A stretch of DNA of 64,000 nt from Prochlorococcus sp. AG-347-L20 (GCA_003281225.1 QCCP01000011.1:354-64353), one strand, 5' to 3'. Shown: positions 10,578 to 21,226, counted from the first letter of the stretch. The notes: a model not told the origin generated them from the letters alone. A program made the numbers and translations.

Positions 10578-11501
10578 GTGAGTTCATTAAGCGATTTTCT
10601 TGGTGAAATAGGTCGTCATCAACTTTTGACTCCCGAAAGAGAACTCACAATGGGCAGAAAAGTCCAAGAAATGGTAGTACTTGTTAATAGATGTCAAGAG
10701 GCAGGAGGTAAAGGCCCCGCTTGTGAATACTCCGAAGCTGAGAGAAAAAAGATAAAAATTGGTGAAAAAGCTAAAAACGAGATGATAACAGCCAACCTAA
10801 GACTAGTTGTCAATCTCGCCAAGAGATACCAAGGGAAAGGATTAGAATTACTGGACTTAATTCAGGAGGGTACATTAGGTCTTACAAGGGCCGTAGAAAA
10901 ATATGATCCGTCTAGAGGACATAGATTTTCCACCTATGCTTATTGGTGGATTAGGCAAGGTTTAAATAGAGCATTGTCAACTCAAAGTAGAACCATAAGG
11001 ATCCCTGTTAACATTAATGAAAAACTTACAAAACTAAGATCAGCAAAATCAAAGCTTATGCAACTTAAGGGCATTCCACCTACTAGTGATGAGCTAGCTG
11101 AAGAAATGAAAATAACCAAAGAGGAAATTGACGAACTCCTTTCTTGTGAATTGAGAAGCATAACTGTTAGTCTCCAAGGTACTGTTAAATCAAAATCAGA
11201 TCCTTCCGAGTTAGTTGATATTCTTCCAAGTGATCAAACTCCCCCAATGGAATTAGCCGAATTAGCCGAAAGGACAGCCTCGGCTTGGAAGTTATTAGAT
11301 AAAGCAAATTTAACTGAGAAAGAAAGAAAGATAGTAAGCTTAAGATTTGGTTTAGACGGCTCAAATGAATGGAGAACTTTAGCTGAAGTTGCAAGACATA
11401 TGAGTTGTAGCAGGGAATATTGCCGACAAGTTGTTCAACGTGCTTTAAGAAAACTTAGAAAAGCAGGAATACAGAATGGATTAGTTGATAGTATTAGCTA
11501 A
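10578..11501 (+). CDS. RpoD-family (group 2-like) RNA polymerase sigma factor
   Basis: 307 aa with sigma70 regions 2-4 recognisable (LIQEGTLGLTRAVEKYD, FSTYAYWWIRQG, LAEVARHMSCSREYCRQVVQRALRKLR). The GTG start is preceded by GAGG at 10568-10571. Confidence 0.9.
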   Translation: MSSLSDFLGEIGRHQLLTPERELTMGRKVQEMVVLVNRCQEAGGKGPACEYSEAERKKIKIGEKAKNEMITANLRLVVNLAKRYQGKGLELLDLIQEGTLGLTRAVEKYDPSRGHRFSTYAYWWIRQGLNRALSTQSRTIRIPVNINEKLTKLRSAKSKLMQLKGIPPTSDELAEEMKITKEEIDELLSCELRSITVSLQGTVKSKSDPSELVDILPSDQTPPMELAELAERTASAWKLLDKANLTEKERKIVSLRFGLDGSNEWRTLAEVARHMSCSREYCRQVVQRALRKLRKAGIQNGLVDSIS

Positions 11502-11538
11502 AAATTCCATTAAAAATATTTAAATTTCATTTATAAAG

Positions 11539-11907
11539 ATGAAAGAGAATTATAAAACTCAAGAAAAAATCTATGATGCTGAAGTTTTAGAAAGTTCAAC
11601 ATTTGATGAAAATATCATTATCAAGATTCTTATTAAAGCGGGAAGAACAATTGCCAAGCCTGCCTTAGAAGTTTTGGAGATGGCATTAGATCCTTATACT
11701 CCTGCACAAGTGAGAGTTTCATTAATGGCTGCTCTAGCATATTTGATTATGCCATTTGATCTTTTCCCTGACTTTATGCCTTTAGTTGGTTTTAGTGATG
11801 ATTTTGTAGCCCTCACAGCAGTACTCAGTATATGGAGCAAATACATGACTCCTTCAATAAGAGCAAGAGCAGAGAATAAGCTAAATAAGTTATTTCCTTT
11901 TTATTGA
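11539..11907 (+). CDS. DUF1232 (YkvA-like) membrane protein
   Basis: 122 aa with the motif LIMPFDLFPDFMPLVGFSDDF, characteristic of DUF1232. It lies 37 nt after the sigma gene. Confidence 0.6.
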   Translation: MKENYKTQEKIYDAEVLESSTFDENIIIKILIKAGRTIAKPALEVLEMALDPYTPAQVRVSLMAALAYLIMPFDLFPDFMPLVGFSDDFVALTAVLSIWSKYMTPSIRARAENKLNKLFPFY

Positions 11908-12228
11908 ATGAGTAAATTATCCATACAGGAAGAAAAAGAACTTGTCAGCTTCATTAAAGATTGGTTAAAAACGCATGGATTTACCCAAAAAGACTTAGCA
12001 AATGAATTAAATATTAAATCGAGTAGAACCTCCGAGATTATTCTCAAAATTAAAGAATTATATAAAAAAGGCGGCATGTTCAATATTGCAAAAAATCTTA
12101 TAAAGATTGAGCAAAAATGGTTAAACAATATTAAGAACGATTATCTAGAAACAAAACAAACACCACCATATAATCAATTAGATATCGACTCATTAGTAAA
12201 CCAGATAAATCAAGATACTAGTAAATAA
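11908..12228 (+). CDS. small hypothetical protein with XRE-like helix-turn-helix
   Basis: 106 aa. Its ATG immediately follows the TGA of the preceding gene (TGAATG). The segment GFTQKDLANELNIKSSRTSEI looks like an HTH. Confidence 0.45.
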   Translation: MSKLSIQEEKELVSFIKDWLKTHGFTQKDLANELNIKSSRTSEIILKIKELYKKGGMFNIAKNLIKIEQKWLNNIKNDYLETKQTPPYNQLDIDSLVNQINQDTSK

Positions 12229-12422
12229 ATATTATTTAAAATAATATATTTTTAATTAAAAATGATATAACCTCTTAAAACTAACAATTAAATAAATATC
12301 GTTTTAACACCTAAATAAGATAAATAATTGAATTATTAAAGCAAAAATATTATGTATTTTTAAGTTAAATTAGTTCTTTTAATAAATAATTAATAATTAC
12401 TAAATTTTTTCGTTAATCATAT

Positions 12423-12692
12423 TTAAAATGCTTGAATCCAGGGATAAATATCATAATTAATCCATATACCTTTTTCCCAATATATATCCTCCTCAATAAG
12501 ATCTTTCAACTCGTTTACATCATTAGCATTAAAAATTCCAAACAAATATTTAGTACATTTTGTTGGCCCTAATGTAACTAAAATATCGCTATCTTTTAAG
12601 TTTTTAAGTCTCTTAAGATGTTGTGCTCGAAATGGTTCCCTTTTAATAATTGCATCTTCACAGTACCTTCCAAAAACTACAAACTTTTCCAT
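12423..12692 (-). CDS. YciI-like (DGPF-domain) small protein
   Basis: 89 aa. The N-terminal pattern MEKFVVFGRY...REPFRAQHLKRL resembles the YCII family. The assignment is tentative. Confidence 0.5.
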   Translation of the reverse strand: MEKFVVFGRYCEDAIIKREPFRAQHLKRLKNLKDSDILVTLGPTKCTKYLFGIFNANDVNELKDLIEEDIYWEKGIWINYDIYPWIQAF

Positions 12693-12788
12693 TTTAAATA
12701 TAAATAATAGAATGAATAGATACTTAATAATTGCATATATTACACGCAGATTGCTATGTTATTTAATACAACTTTCTTTTAATTAATT

Positions 12789-13145
12789 ATGCTAACTGGT
12801 AGCGATCTCCTTGCAAAAGTTAAAGAACTTGGTGATGTTAGCAAATCTGACCTAGTTCGTGGCTGTGGATATGTTTCCACTAAAAAAAACGGAGGTGAAC
12901 GTTTAAACTTTACCGCATTTTATGAAGCACTTTTAGAAGCAAAAGGTGTTAATCTTGGTGATTCTGGAGTTGCAGGTATTGGAAAAGGTGGAAGAAAACT
13001 TAGTTATATTGCTACAGTTCAAGGCAATGGAAATCTACTGATTGGGAAAGCATATACAGCACTTCTTGATTTAAAAGCAGGTGATGAATTCGAAATCAAG
13101 CTCGGAAGAAAACAAATCAGATTATTACCTACGGAAGAATCTTAA
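12789..13145 (+). CDS. cyanobacterial AbrB-family (cyAbrB) transcriptional regulator
   Basis: 118 aa with a C-terminal AbrB/SpoVT-like swapped-hairpin segment (LLIGKAYTALLDLKAGDEFEIKLGRKQIRLLP). The N-terminal domain is typical of CalA/CalB-type cyAbrB proteins. Confidence 0.7.
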   Translation: MLTGSDLLAKVKELGDVSKSDLVRGCGYVSTKKNGGERLNFTAFYEALLEAKGVNLGDSGVAGIGKGGRKLSYIATVQGNGNLLIGKAYTALLDLKAGDEFEIKLGRKQIRLLPTEES

Positions 13146-13224
13146 AGACAACAAAAATAAATTGGTTATTACATTTTTAATTAATTTTCTATAAATAATT
13201 ATTTTTAATTAATAAGTTATCTTT

Positions 13225-14070
13225 TTATTTATTTTTTTGATCAGCAGCTAAACGCATTTCTTTACAAAACTCACCAACATGATCGACAACATCTTTTTCA
13301 CTTGAGCTCGAGATTCGTTTTACAAATGCACTCCCAATAATTACTCCATCTGCTCCCCACTCACGAACTTTATTGACATGTTCTGGAGTTGATATTCCAA
13401 AACCAACAGCAATTGGATTGCTATTTACATCTTTTAATTTAGCAATAAGATTTTCTACTCTATTTTCCATTTTGTTTCTTTCACCAGTGACACCTGTAAC
13501 ACTTACTAAATAAGTAAAGCCTTTTGTATGATTTGATATTTGTTTCATTCTTTCAAAAGGAGTTGTTGGCGCTACCAATAAAATTAAGTCCATAGAATGG
13601 TTACTAACAATTTTTGAAAATTTATAAGCTTCCTCCAAAGGAAGGTCAGGAACTATTAGTCCAGAAACTCCAGCATCAGATGCCATCTCACAAAACCTTT
13701 CAAAGCCAAAACATAATAATGGATTCAAGTAAGAAAAAAGGATGATGGGAATATTTAATTTACCTTTTAAAGACTCTAAAAGTTTAATTACTTTTCTTAA
13801 GCTAGTACCTGACTTTAAGGCGCGAGAGGCCGCTACTTGAATAACAGGTCCATCTGCAAGTGGGTCACTATACGGGATACCTAATTCAATAAGGTCAGCT
13901 CCATTTTCTTGTAACTTTAATAAGATCTCAGACGTTATTTCAATATTGGGATCCCCAGCCATAATAAAAGGCATTAAAGCAAATTTTCTTTTATTTTTTA
14001 ACTCACAAAACATCTCATCTACCTTAGATAAAGATTCATTTTTACTAATTTGCATTTTGTTATCTTTCAT
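13225..14070 (-). CDS. trpA: tryptophan synthase alpha chain
   Basis: 281 aa with TrpA motifs ELGIPYSDPLADGPVIQ and GFGISTPEHV. Confidence 0.93.
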   Translation of the reverse strand: MKDNKMQISKNESLSKVDEMFCELKNKRKFALMPFIMAGDPNIEITSEILLKLQENGADLIELGIPYSDPLADGPVIQVAASRALKSGTSLRKVIKLLESLKGKLNIPIILFSYLNPLLCFGFERFCEMASDAGVSGLIVPDLPLEEAYKFSKIVSNHSMDLILLVAPTTPFERMKQISNHTKGFTYLVSVTGVTGERNKMENRVENLIAKLKDVNSNPIAVGFGISTPEHVNKVREWGADGVIIGSAFVKRISSSSEKDVVDHVGEFCKEMRLAADQKNK

Positions 14071-14098
14071 AATTTTTAGATATTTTTCTATGAAAAAT

Positions 14099-14419
14099 TT
14101 ATGGATTTTTCTCTAAATCTTCCATAATTTTTTGTTGCTCTTCCTTTGACAATGAGTTGAATTTGGTTTCTAGTTTATCATTAACAACTTTTTCATACTC
14201 TTTCCTATAACGCTTCCTTTGTTCCATAAAAGTCATTTTTCCACTTACAACTCTGTAAACATAAGATGTTACCCAAGTAATAACAATCAAAATCAAGATA
14301 CAACTTGATAGAGTAGTGGCTGTAAAATTATCGATACCAATTTGCGGTGCAAATTTATAACTAATTAATCCTATTAATGAAATAAATAAACCTATTTGTA
14401 TAACTTTTCCTTTAGTCAA
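14099..14419 (-). CDS. small membrane protein (DUF3007-like)
   Basis: 106 aa with two predicted TM helices followed by a charged tail. The TTG start directly follows the ndhL stop (TAATTG). Confidence 0.5.
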   Translation of the reverse strand: MTKGKVIQIGLFISLIGLISYKFAPQIGIDNFTATTLSSCILILIVITWVTSYVYRVVSGKMTFMEQRKRYRKEYEKVVNDKLETKFNSLSKEEQQKIMEDLEKNP

Positions 14420-14653
14420 TTACCCTTTACCACTTCCTTTTAATCTGAGATTTAAAAATGGAGAAAATAAAATTAAACCTGGAAAGAAAAGAAATACAAG
14501 GCCATAAATTCCTAATCTTTCAAATTTGCCCATAATATTCCATCTATTATTCATCCAGTAAAATAGTAACAATGGGATAACCAATAAATAGGTAGAAATA
14601 ATTCCGATATAAGCAATTAAAGTAGTGATTGAATTATTGAAAAAACTTTCCAT
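14420..14653 (-). CDS. ndhL: NAD(P)H-quinone oxidoreductase (NDH-1) subunit L
   Basis: 77 aa with two TM helices. The pattern YLLVIPLL...NNRW...[27 protein letters not shown] matches cyanobacterial NdhL. Confidence 0.8.
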   Translation of the reverse strand: MESFFNNSITTLIAYIGIISTYLLVIPLLLFYWMNNRWNIMGKFERLGIYGLVFLFFPGLILFSPFLNLRLKGSGKG

Positions 14654-14730
14654 TTTAATTTATGGTTGGTTAGTTTAACATAACAACTATTGGAAGTTGT
14701 CGGAAGAACTAAAAATAAATAATTAAATAA

Positions 14731-14816
14731 TGGGAGTGGGGGGACTTGAACCCCCACGAGCTAAATCGCTCGACGGATTTTAAGTCCGGCGCGTCTACCA
14801 ATTCCGCCACACTCCC
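14731..14816 (-). tRNA. tRNA-Leu (anticodon UAA)
   Basis: The reverse complement folds as a cloverleaf: acceptor GGGAGTG/CACTCCC, anticodon loop CTTAAAA (anticodon TAA), long variable arm, and T-arm GGGGGTTCAAGTCCCCC. The 3' CCA is not encoded. Confidence 0.9.
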
Positions 14817-14915
14817 AAAGGAATTTGCGCTTTCTAATCGTAGCTGAAAGTAACCCATTTAACCAAGAAAAATTGGAATATTTACACTTTTAATTGTCAG
14901 ATTAAATTTAATTTT

Positions 14916-15965
14916 TTAATTTACTATTCCTTCTACTTGCCATTGTAAAGTTTCCCCTGCATGAAATGGTTTTATTTGTCCGACAATATTTTTTTCTTCA
15001 ACAACATCAATATATTCTTTAATTTTGTTAGGTCTTGAAACTAATTTTAATTTTTCTTTATTTGGTGGGACATTATAAAAATTAGGGCCGTTCAAACTTG
15101 CAAACTTTTCAAAATTATCTAGAGCATCCTCCTCTTCGAAAACTGTTAAGTAGCTTTCTATTGCTACTGGCGAATTAAAAATGCCTGCACATCCACAAAA
15201 AGCCTTCCACTTTCTAAGGTGTGGAGCAGAGTCAGTCCCCAAGAAAAAACATTTTTTCCCACTTGTTGCCGCTCTCCTTAAAGCGAGTCTATTATTTTCC
15301 CTCTTTGCAACTGGTAAGCAGTAAAAATCACTATTTAAGCCTCCAAAAAACATTGCATTTCTATTTATATGCAAATGATGCGGAGTGATAGTAGCCCCAA
15401 TATTATTTTCTTGCACGAAATCCACTGCGTAAGAGGTGGTTATATGTTCTAAAACGATTTTTAATTTTGGAAATCTTTTGGTTATTTGAGAAAGTTCTTT
15501 ATCTATAAAAACCTCTTCTCTATCAAATACATCTACTTCAGAATCAGTCACTTCCCCATGAATTAAAAGAGGCATTCCAGAATCTTGCATTAATTCAAAG
15601 ATCTTATAAAGATTTTCTATTTTCCTAACTCCATGACTGGAATTTGTTGTGGCATTAGCAGGATATAATTTTGCTGCAAAAAAAACATTATTTTTAAAAC
15701 CATTAATTAGTTCCCATTTATCAGTTTCATCTGTAAGATAAATTGTCATTAATGGTTCAAACTTAGAGCTTTCTGGTAGCGCTTCAACAATAGATTTCCT
15801 ATAAGAAATAGCGCTATTGATTGATGTTATGGGACTTTTAGTATTTGGCATAACGATGGCTCTTCCAAAATATTCCGAAGTAAACTGAATGATATTTTTT
15901 AATACAAGACCTTCTCTTAAATGTAAATGCCAATCATCAGGTTTTATTATGTTTAAAGTCTTCAA
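14916..15965 (-). CDS. pyrC: dihydroorotase (homodimeric type)
   Basis: 349 aa with metal-ligand motifs DWHLHLREG, AAKLYPANATTNS and GTDSAPH. Confidence 0.9.
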   Translation of the reverse strand: MKTLNIIKPDDWHLHLREGLVLKNIIQFTSEYFGRAIVMPNTKSPITSINSAISYRKSIVEALPESSKFEPLMTIYLTDETDKWELINGFKNNVFFAAKLYPANATTNSSHGVRKIENLYKIFELMQDSGMPLLIHGEVTDSEVDVFDREEVFIDKELSQITKRFPKLKIVLEHITTSYAVDFVQENNIGATITPHHLHINRNAMFFGGLNSDFYCLPVAKRENNRLALRRAATSGKKCFFLGTDSAPHLRKWKAFCGCAGIFNSPVAIESYLTVFEEEDALDNFEKFASLNGPNFYNVPPNKEKLKLVSRPNKIKEYIDVVEEKNIVGQIKPFHAGETLQWQVEGIVN

Positions 15966-16083
15966 AATTTTTTCTATTTAATCAATTTTAACAGCAAATT
16001 AAAATTGACAATAAATTATAGATATTCGAGGATAGTTATTAACCAATTATGAAAATTTTTATTATCTAAATTAAATCCTAAAT

Positions 16084-17163
16084 ATGAGTGATTTTTTATT
16101 TCCAATAATAGAAATAGTTTTAGGCGTAGTTCTACTTTTTGCTGGAGGAGAGTTCTTTATTCAAGGAGCGATATTTTTATCTTTAATTTTAGGAATACCT
16201 CAAATAGTAATTGGTTTAACAATTGTTTCTCTTGGAACAAGCTCTCCTGAGTTGTTGGTAAGTTTGAGTTCAATTTTAAAAGGCAGTGATTCGCTTGCGG
16301 CAAGCAATGTAATTGGAAGCAATATTTTTAATGTTCTAGTTGTTTTGGGCATAAGCTCATTGATAACACCTCTTAAAGTAAAAAGCAGAATAGTCAGAAG
16401 AGATGTGCCTCTTTTAATGGCAATTTCTTGTGCAGTTTGGGCCATGTCATCAACAGGCTTATTAACATTGCAAGCAGGGGTATTTCTAATATTTTGTTTA
16501 ATCTTAAATACAATATGGGAAATCAATACCATCAATGAGAAAGGAGAGGAGACAAAAGATGCTGAACCAGAGATAGAAGAATTAAAAGATAACTATGAAG
16601 GGAAAATGAATATTTTACTAAAGTTAATATTGGGAATATTTCTTTTAAGCTTTGGTTCAAATATTTTAGTAAATGGTTCTCAAACCCTCGCTACTCTTTT
16701 GGGTGTAAATGAAATTGTTATTGGTTTAACTATCGTCGCAACTGGGACATCTTTACCAGAATTAGTAACTTCAATAATTGCTGCATTTAAAGGCAAAACA
16801 GATCTTGCAATTGGGAATGTAATAGGAAGTAATTTACTCAATCAACTTTTAATCCTTGGAAGTTGCAGTATTTTTTCAGGATTTAAAGGTTTAGTAATTG
16901 AACAGAGTCTAATAAAAGTTGACTTACCTTTTATGGTTTTAACTACCTTTGCATGCTTACCAATTTTCTGGAGCAAAGGGAAAATCACAAGAATTGAAGG
17001 ATTTATTTTGCTTAATCTTTATATTTTCTATATTCTCGACAAGATACTTTTCCTGAATGGTTTTAACTTCCTTTCTGAATTAAGGATAGGTTTATTTATT
17101 TACTTTGCATTACTTACAGTGTTTCTGATTGTTCAAGAAAAATTAAAATTTTCTAATTCATAA
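16084..17163 (+). CDS. Ca2+/Na+ antiporter, CaCA family (YrbG-like)
   Basis: 359 aa and polytopic. It has two alpha-repeat signatures, GTSSPELLVS and GTSLPELVTS, each followed by GNVIGSN-type motifs. Confidence 0.85.
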   Translation: MSDFLFPIIEIVLGVVLLFAGGEFFIQGAIFLSLILGIPQIVIGLTIVSLGTSSPELLVSLSSILKGSDSLAASNVIGSNIFNVLVVLGISSLITPLKVKSRIVRRDVPLLMAISCAVWAMSSTGLLTLQAGVFLIFCLILNTIWEINTINEKGEETKDAEPEIEELKDNYEGKMNILLKLILGIFLLSFGSNILVNGSQTLATLLGVNEIVIGLTIVATGTSLPELVTSIIAAFKGKTDLAIGNVIGSNLLNQLLILGSCSIFSGFKGLVIEQSLIKVDLPFMVLTTFACLPIFWSKGKITRIEGFILLNLYIFYILDKILFLNGFNFLSELRIGLFIYFALLTVFLIVQEKLKFSNS

Positions 17164-17165
17164 TT

Positions 17166-18530
17166 TTATCCATACATAGTCACAAATTCTTCTGAGATAG
17201 TTGGGTGCAAAGCCATAGTAATATCAAAGTCTTTTTTTGTTATCCCTGCATTTAATGAAATTGATACCATTTGAATAATCTCAGACGATGTTTCTCCAAA
17301 CATATGACATCCTAGGACTTTGTCAGTTAGCTTATGAACTACAATCTTCAACATACATTTTGATTTATTCTTTTTAAAGGTATTAGACATAGGGGTAAAT
17401 TTGCATTTAAAAATTTTTATATTTTTTTCAGAGTAAATCTCTTTAGCTCTTTTCTCACTTAAGCCAACTGTTGAAATTTCTGGAATAGTAAAAACAGCCT
17501 TAGGGATATATTCATAATTTACTTTTCTTTTTTGGTCATTAAAAAAATTATCCGAAAAAACTCTCCCTTGTTCTATTGCTACTGGAGTTAAGTTTGGTTT
17601 ATTTATGATATCGCCAACTGCAAAAATATTTGCGTTGCTTGTTTGATTAAGTTCATCAACATCTAAATACTGTCCATCCATCTTTAGTTTTAAAAAATCT
17701 AAATTTAAAGGCAAAAGATTTGGCTCTCTTCCAGTGGCGATAAGAATATTATTAGTTAGGAATTTGTCACCCGATTCTAGGGTAGATTCCAGATTTCCAT
17801 TTACTCTTTTAATAGACTTTAATTGAGAATTGGAGATTATATTGATTTCAGTAAAAGTAGGTGATTCCTCTAGGCATGAAGAAAGATCCTCATCAAAACC
17901 ATTAAGCAAATGTTGACCCCTAATTAATTGAGTTACTTCAGTACCTAAATTCCTGAAAATAGAAGCAAATTCACAAGCAATATATCCTCCTCCAACTATT
18001 AATAATGATTTAGGAAACTTCTCTAATTCAAAAATATCATCACTAGTCCATGCCAAATCTATCCCAGGAACATTTAATTTCTTTGGTTTACCTCCAACTG
18101 AAATAAGAATTTTCTTTGAACTTATTTTATTTTTAATTTTCTTTGTGTTGGAACAAATAATTTCTAATTCATTTTGAGTAATAAATCTTCCTAAGCCTTC
18201 AAAAATAGTTATATTCAACTTTTTTAAAGAATTTCTATGTATATTACTTAATCTAGAAACCTCCTCTCTAACATTCTTCAACAAAATATTTGATTCAAAA
18301 TTAATACCTTCATTTTTTAATCCATATCCTTCAGAAGAATCCATATTTTTTTTACTTTTAGCTGCATAAACCATTAATTTCTTAGGCACACATCCCCTTA
18401 TCACGCAAGTTCCTCCTATTTGATTTGCTTCTATGATTGCGACTTTTGCTCCATAACTAGCCGCACGTTTAGCCGCCGCGAGTCCTCCAGATCCAGCGCC
18501 AACAACAATTAAATCAAATTCAAATTCCAA
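17166..18530 (-). CDS. gor: glutathione-disulfide reductase
   Basis: 454 aa with the FAD motif GAGSGG, the redox-active disulfide GGTCVIRGCVPKK, and the C-terminal HPTISEEFVTM typical of glutathione reductase. Confidence 0.85.
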   Translation of the reverse strand: MEFEFDLIVVGAGSGGLAAAKRAASYGAKVAIIEANQIGGTCVIRGCVPKKLMVYAAKSKKNMDSSEGYGLKNEGINFESNILLKNVREEVSRLSNIHRNSLKKLNITIFEGLGRFITQNELEIICSNTKKIKNKISSKKILISVGGKPKKLNVPGIDLAWTSDDIFELEKFPKSLLIVGGGYIACEFASIFRNLGTEVTQLIRGQHLLNGFDEDLSSCLEESPTFTEINIISNSQLKSIKRVNGNLESTLESGDKFLTNNILIATGREPNLLPLNLDFLKLKMDGQYLDVDELNQTSNANIFAVGDIINKPNLTPVAIEQGRVFSDNFFNDQKRKVNYEYIPKAVFTIPEISTVGLSEKRAKEIYSEKNIKIFKCKFTPMSNTFKKNKSKCMLKIVVHKLTDKVLGCHMFGETSSEIIQMVSISLNAGITKKDFDITMALHPTISEEFVTMYG

Positions 18531-18582
18531 GACTTTTTTTAATCAATTATTATAACGTTAGTTTATAGCTTTAATTCAAATA

Positions 18583-19812
18583 ATGAATGGGATTTTGACA
18601 TGGGATGATTTAAATAAATTTGAAGTTGAAGATCTTGATAGAGTCCATGGTATAAATAATTCCTATGCAAATTTAAGATTATTTGGACATAGTGAAAATG
18701 ATGTATTAGTTACCCTCTATAGGGATAGGCATTCTTGGTGTCCTTACTGTCAGAAGATATGGTTATGGCTTGAATTTAAGAAAATTCCATACAGAGTCAA
18801 AAAAATAAATATGTTTTGCTACGGCCAAAAAGAAAGTTGGTTCCTTGAAAAAGTCAGCTCGGGGAAATTACCTGCAATTGAATTTAAAGGGCAAGTTATA
18901 ACTGAAAGCGACGATATCATAGCTTTTTTAGAAAATGAATTTGGAGCACTTGGATCTTTTATTACATCTAGTCACCTTATCAAAATTCGAGAGTTAGAAA
19001 GAGAAATTTTCAGATCCTGGTGTAATTGGCTCTGCCGAGAAAGCTTTAATTTTATAGATAACTCTTTTAGAAAACAAAGATTTAAAGAATCCATTTCTAA
19101 ACTCGATGAAATCTTAAGTAACTCAAAATCAGGGTTTGTTGATCCATCAGTTTCTAAAACGGGTGATATAGAGCCTGGTGTTGGAGATATAATTTTTATT
19201 CCCTATTTGGAGAGAATGAATGCATCACTTATTTATTATAAAGGGTTTAATTTAAGATCTAATTATCGTCATGTAGATAGCTGGCTTACCCTTTTTGAGG
19301 GGACAAGTGCTTATAGAGGCACTCAAGGAGATTTCCATACTCATTCTCATGATTTACCCCCACAAATGGGAGGATGCTATAAAGAAAGCAATGAACAACA
19401 GATTACTTTCTCAAAGCTAATAGATACTGGGGAGGGTTTAGGTAATTATGAATTAAACCAAAATTATGAGTCAAAATATTATGCAACAATTGCTCTTAAG
19501 AGAGTGATAAAGCATAAAGACAATTTACTAAAGGTAAACCCATACAATAAAGAATCCTTTGACGAATCATTGAGATCAGCTTTGAGCCTTATGATCACAG
19601 GTGAAATATTAATCCCTAAAAAACTTTCAGGAATCTCTTTAAGATACTTAAAAAATAGAATCTCAGTTCCAAGAGATATGCCAACCATTTCAGCGAGGTT
19701 ATTAAGGCAATCATTAAATAGAATTGAATCGCTTAGTGATATCAATGAAATAGATAAGTTACCTTTAAGGCATAGATATGATCAAAATCCTATAAATTTC
19801 ATTTCTAATTAA
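18583..19812 (+). CDS. glutathione S-transferase / glutaredoxin-fold protein with long C-terminal extension
   Basis: 409 aa with an N-terminal thioredoxin-fold segment carrying CPYCQK, followed by a GST-like helical region and about 130 uncharacterised C-terminal residues. Confidence 0.55.
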   Translation: MNGILTWDDLNKFEVEDLDRVHGINNSYANLRLFGHSENDVLVTLYRDRHSWCPYCQKIWLWLEFKKIPYRVKKINMFCYGQKESWFLEKVSSGKLPAIEFKGQVITESDDIIAFLENEFGALGSFITSSHLIKIRELEREIFRSWCNWLCRESFNFIDNSFRKQRFKESISKLDEILSNSKSGFVDPSVSKTGDIEPGVGDIIFIPYLERMNASLIYYKGFNLRSNYRHVDSWLTLFEGTSAYRGTQGDFHTHSHDLPPQMGGCYKESNEQQITFSKLIDTGEGLGNYELNQNYESKYYATIALKRVIKHKDNLLKVNPYNKESFDESLRSALSLMITGEILIPKKLSGISLRYLKNRISVPRDMPTISARLLRQSLNRIESLSDINEIDKLPLRHRYDQNPINFISN

Positions 19813-19820
19813 TAGTAAAA

Positions 19821-21215
19821 CTATAAATTTTTTCTTGAATCTATTTGAAGTAAATCTCTTATTTTTTGAACTTGACTTGCAATATTTGGATCAATAGATA
19901 ATTTTTTTTCAACTTGTTCAATAGCATACATTACTGTTGTATGGTCCTTGCCCCCAAACTCATCTCCAATTCTTGGTAGGCTTAGATCCGTCCCATGCCT
20001 CATAAGATACATACCTATTTGTCTAGCTTGACTTACTGGTTTTCTCCTACTTGAACTGATCAATTCATCAGTAGAAACTTTAAAGAAATCTGATACTTTT
20101 TTAATAACTTGTGTTGGAGTAACAACTACTCCAACACTATTCGGATCAAGCATTGGAGCAATTGATTGGACTGTCATTGGCAAGCCTGTTATTGACGCAA
20201 ATGCAACAGCTCGAGTAAATGCTCCTTCTAATTCTCGAATATTCGAAGTAAATCTTCCTGCTATAAATTGAATTAAATCTCTTGGAAGACTCATCATCTC
20301 TTGTTCTGCTTTTTTTTGAAGGATGGCTGTCCTCGTCTCAAGATCAGGTGGTTGAATATCTGCCGTCATGCCCATTGAGAACCTAGAAATTAATCTCTCT
20401 TGAATTCCCGACAATTGATTTGGTGGCCTATCACTTGCAATAACTATTTGACTTCCTGATTCGTGAAGAGCATTAAAAGTATGAAAAAATTCTTCCTGTG
20501 TATACTCTTTGCCTTCTAAGAACTGTATATCGTCTATTAAAATCAAATCTACATTTCTATATTTATCTCGAATAGCTGTCATTCCATCTCTTCGAATACC
20601 ACTAATAACATCATTAGTAAAAGTTTCTGTAGATACATATTTAACTTTTGCTTCTGGATCTATTTCTACTCGATAATGGCCTATTGCTTGCATTAAATGA
20701 GTTTTACCGAGACCTACTCCACCACAAATAAATAATGGATTAAATTCTCTCCCGGGTGATTCGGCAACTGCTAAAGCCGCTGCATGAGCCAACCTACTAT
20801 TTGGACCTACAACAAATCTTTTAAAGACGTAGCGTAAATTTAGACCGTTGGGATTTTTGGATCGATTTTTTGAAGAAATTTCTTGACTATTATTAGGAAA
20901 TGATTTTGTTTTATGATTCACAATCTGTTCATCTAAGTTCTCTTTATTTGTTGAATCTCTGTTTATATTTGTTTCGGATTTAAAAACAACTTTTACATCA
21001 TGGCCACATATTTCTTTTGCAGCCTTTTCGATAGTTTGACAATAATTCTTTCTTAACCAATCACTGGAAAATGTATTTGGAGCAATTAAAGTTAATAAGC
21101 CATTTTCAAAACAATTAAATTTAGCAGGCCTTATCCATGTCTCAAATGAAGGCTTACTTAAAGTTTTTTGAAGTGATTGTTGAACTTCCGCCCAAATAGG
21201 ATTAATTGCTTGCAA
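19821..21215 (-). CDS. dnaA: chromosomal replication initiator DnaA
   Basis: 464 aa with the AAA+ Walker [11 protein letters not shown] and the C-terminal DNA-binding signature [16 protein letters not shown]. Confidence 0.95.
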   Translation of the reverse strand: MQAINPIWAEVQQSLQKTLSKPSFETWIRPAKFNCFENGLLTLIAPNTFSSDWLRKNYCQTIEKAAKEICGHDVKVVFKSETNINRDSTNKENLDEQIVNHKTKSFPNNSQEISSKNRSKNPNGLNLRYVFKRFVVGPNSRLAHAAALAVAESPGREFNPLFICGGVGLGKTHLMQAIGHYRVEIDPEAKVKYVSTETFTNDVISGIRRDGMTAIRDKYRNVDLILIDDIQFLEGKEYTQEEFFHTFNALHESGSQIVIASDRPPNQLSGIQERLISRFSMGMTADIQPPDLETRTAILQKKAEQEMMSLPRDLIQFIAGRFTSNIRELEGAFTRAVAFASITGLPMTVQSIAPMLDPNSVGVVVTPTQVIKKVSDFFKVSTDELISSSRRKPVSQARQIGMYLMRHGTDLSLPRIGDEFGGKDHTTVMYAIEQVEKKLSIDPNIASQVQKIRDLLQIDSRKNL

Positions 21216-21226
21216 AATTTTATTCT

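Noticed and set aside
14654-14915. tRNA-Leu as a genomic-island integration hotspot
   Set aside because: Both flanks go directly into conserved housekeeping genes (ndhL and pyrC). There are no partial tRNA duplications or inserted genes. The small hairpin at 14683-14700 has no T-run and is too weak to call.
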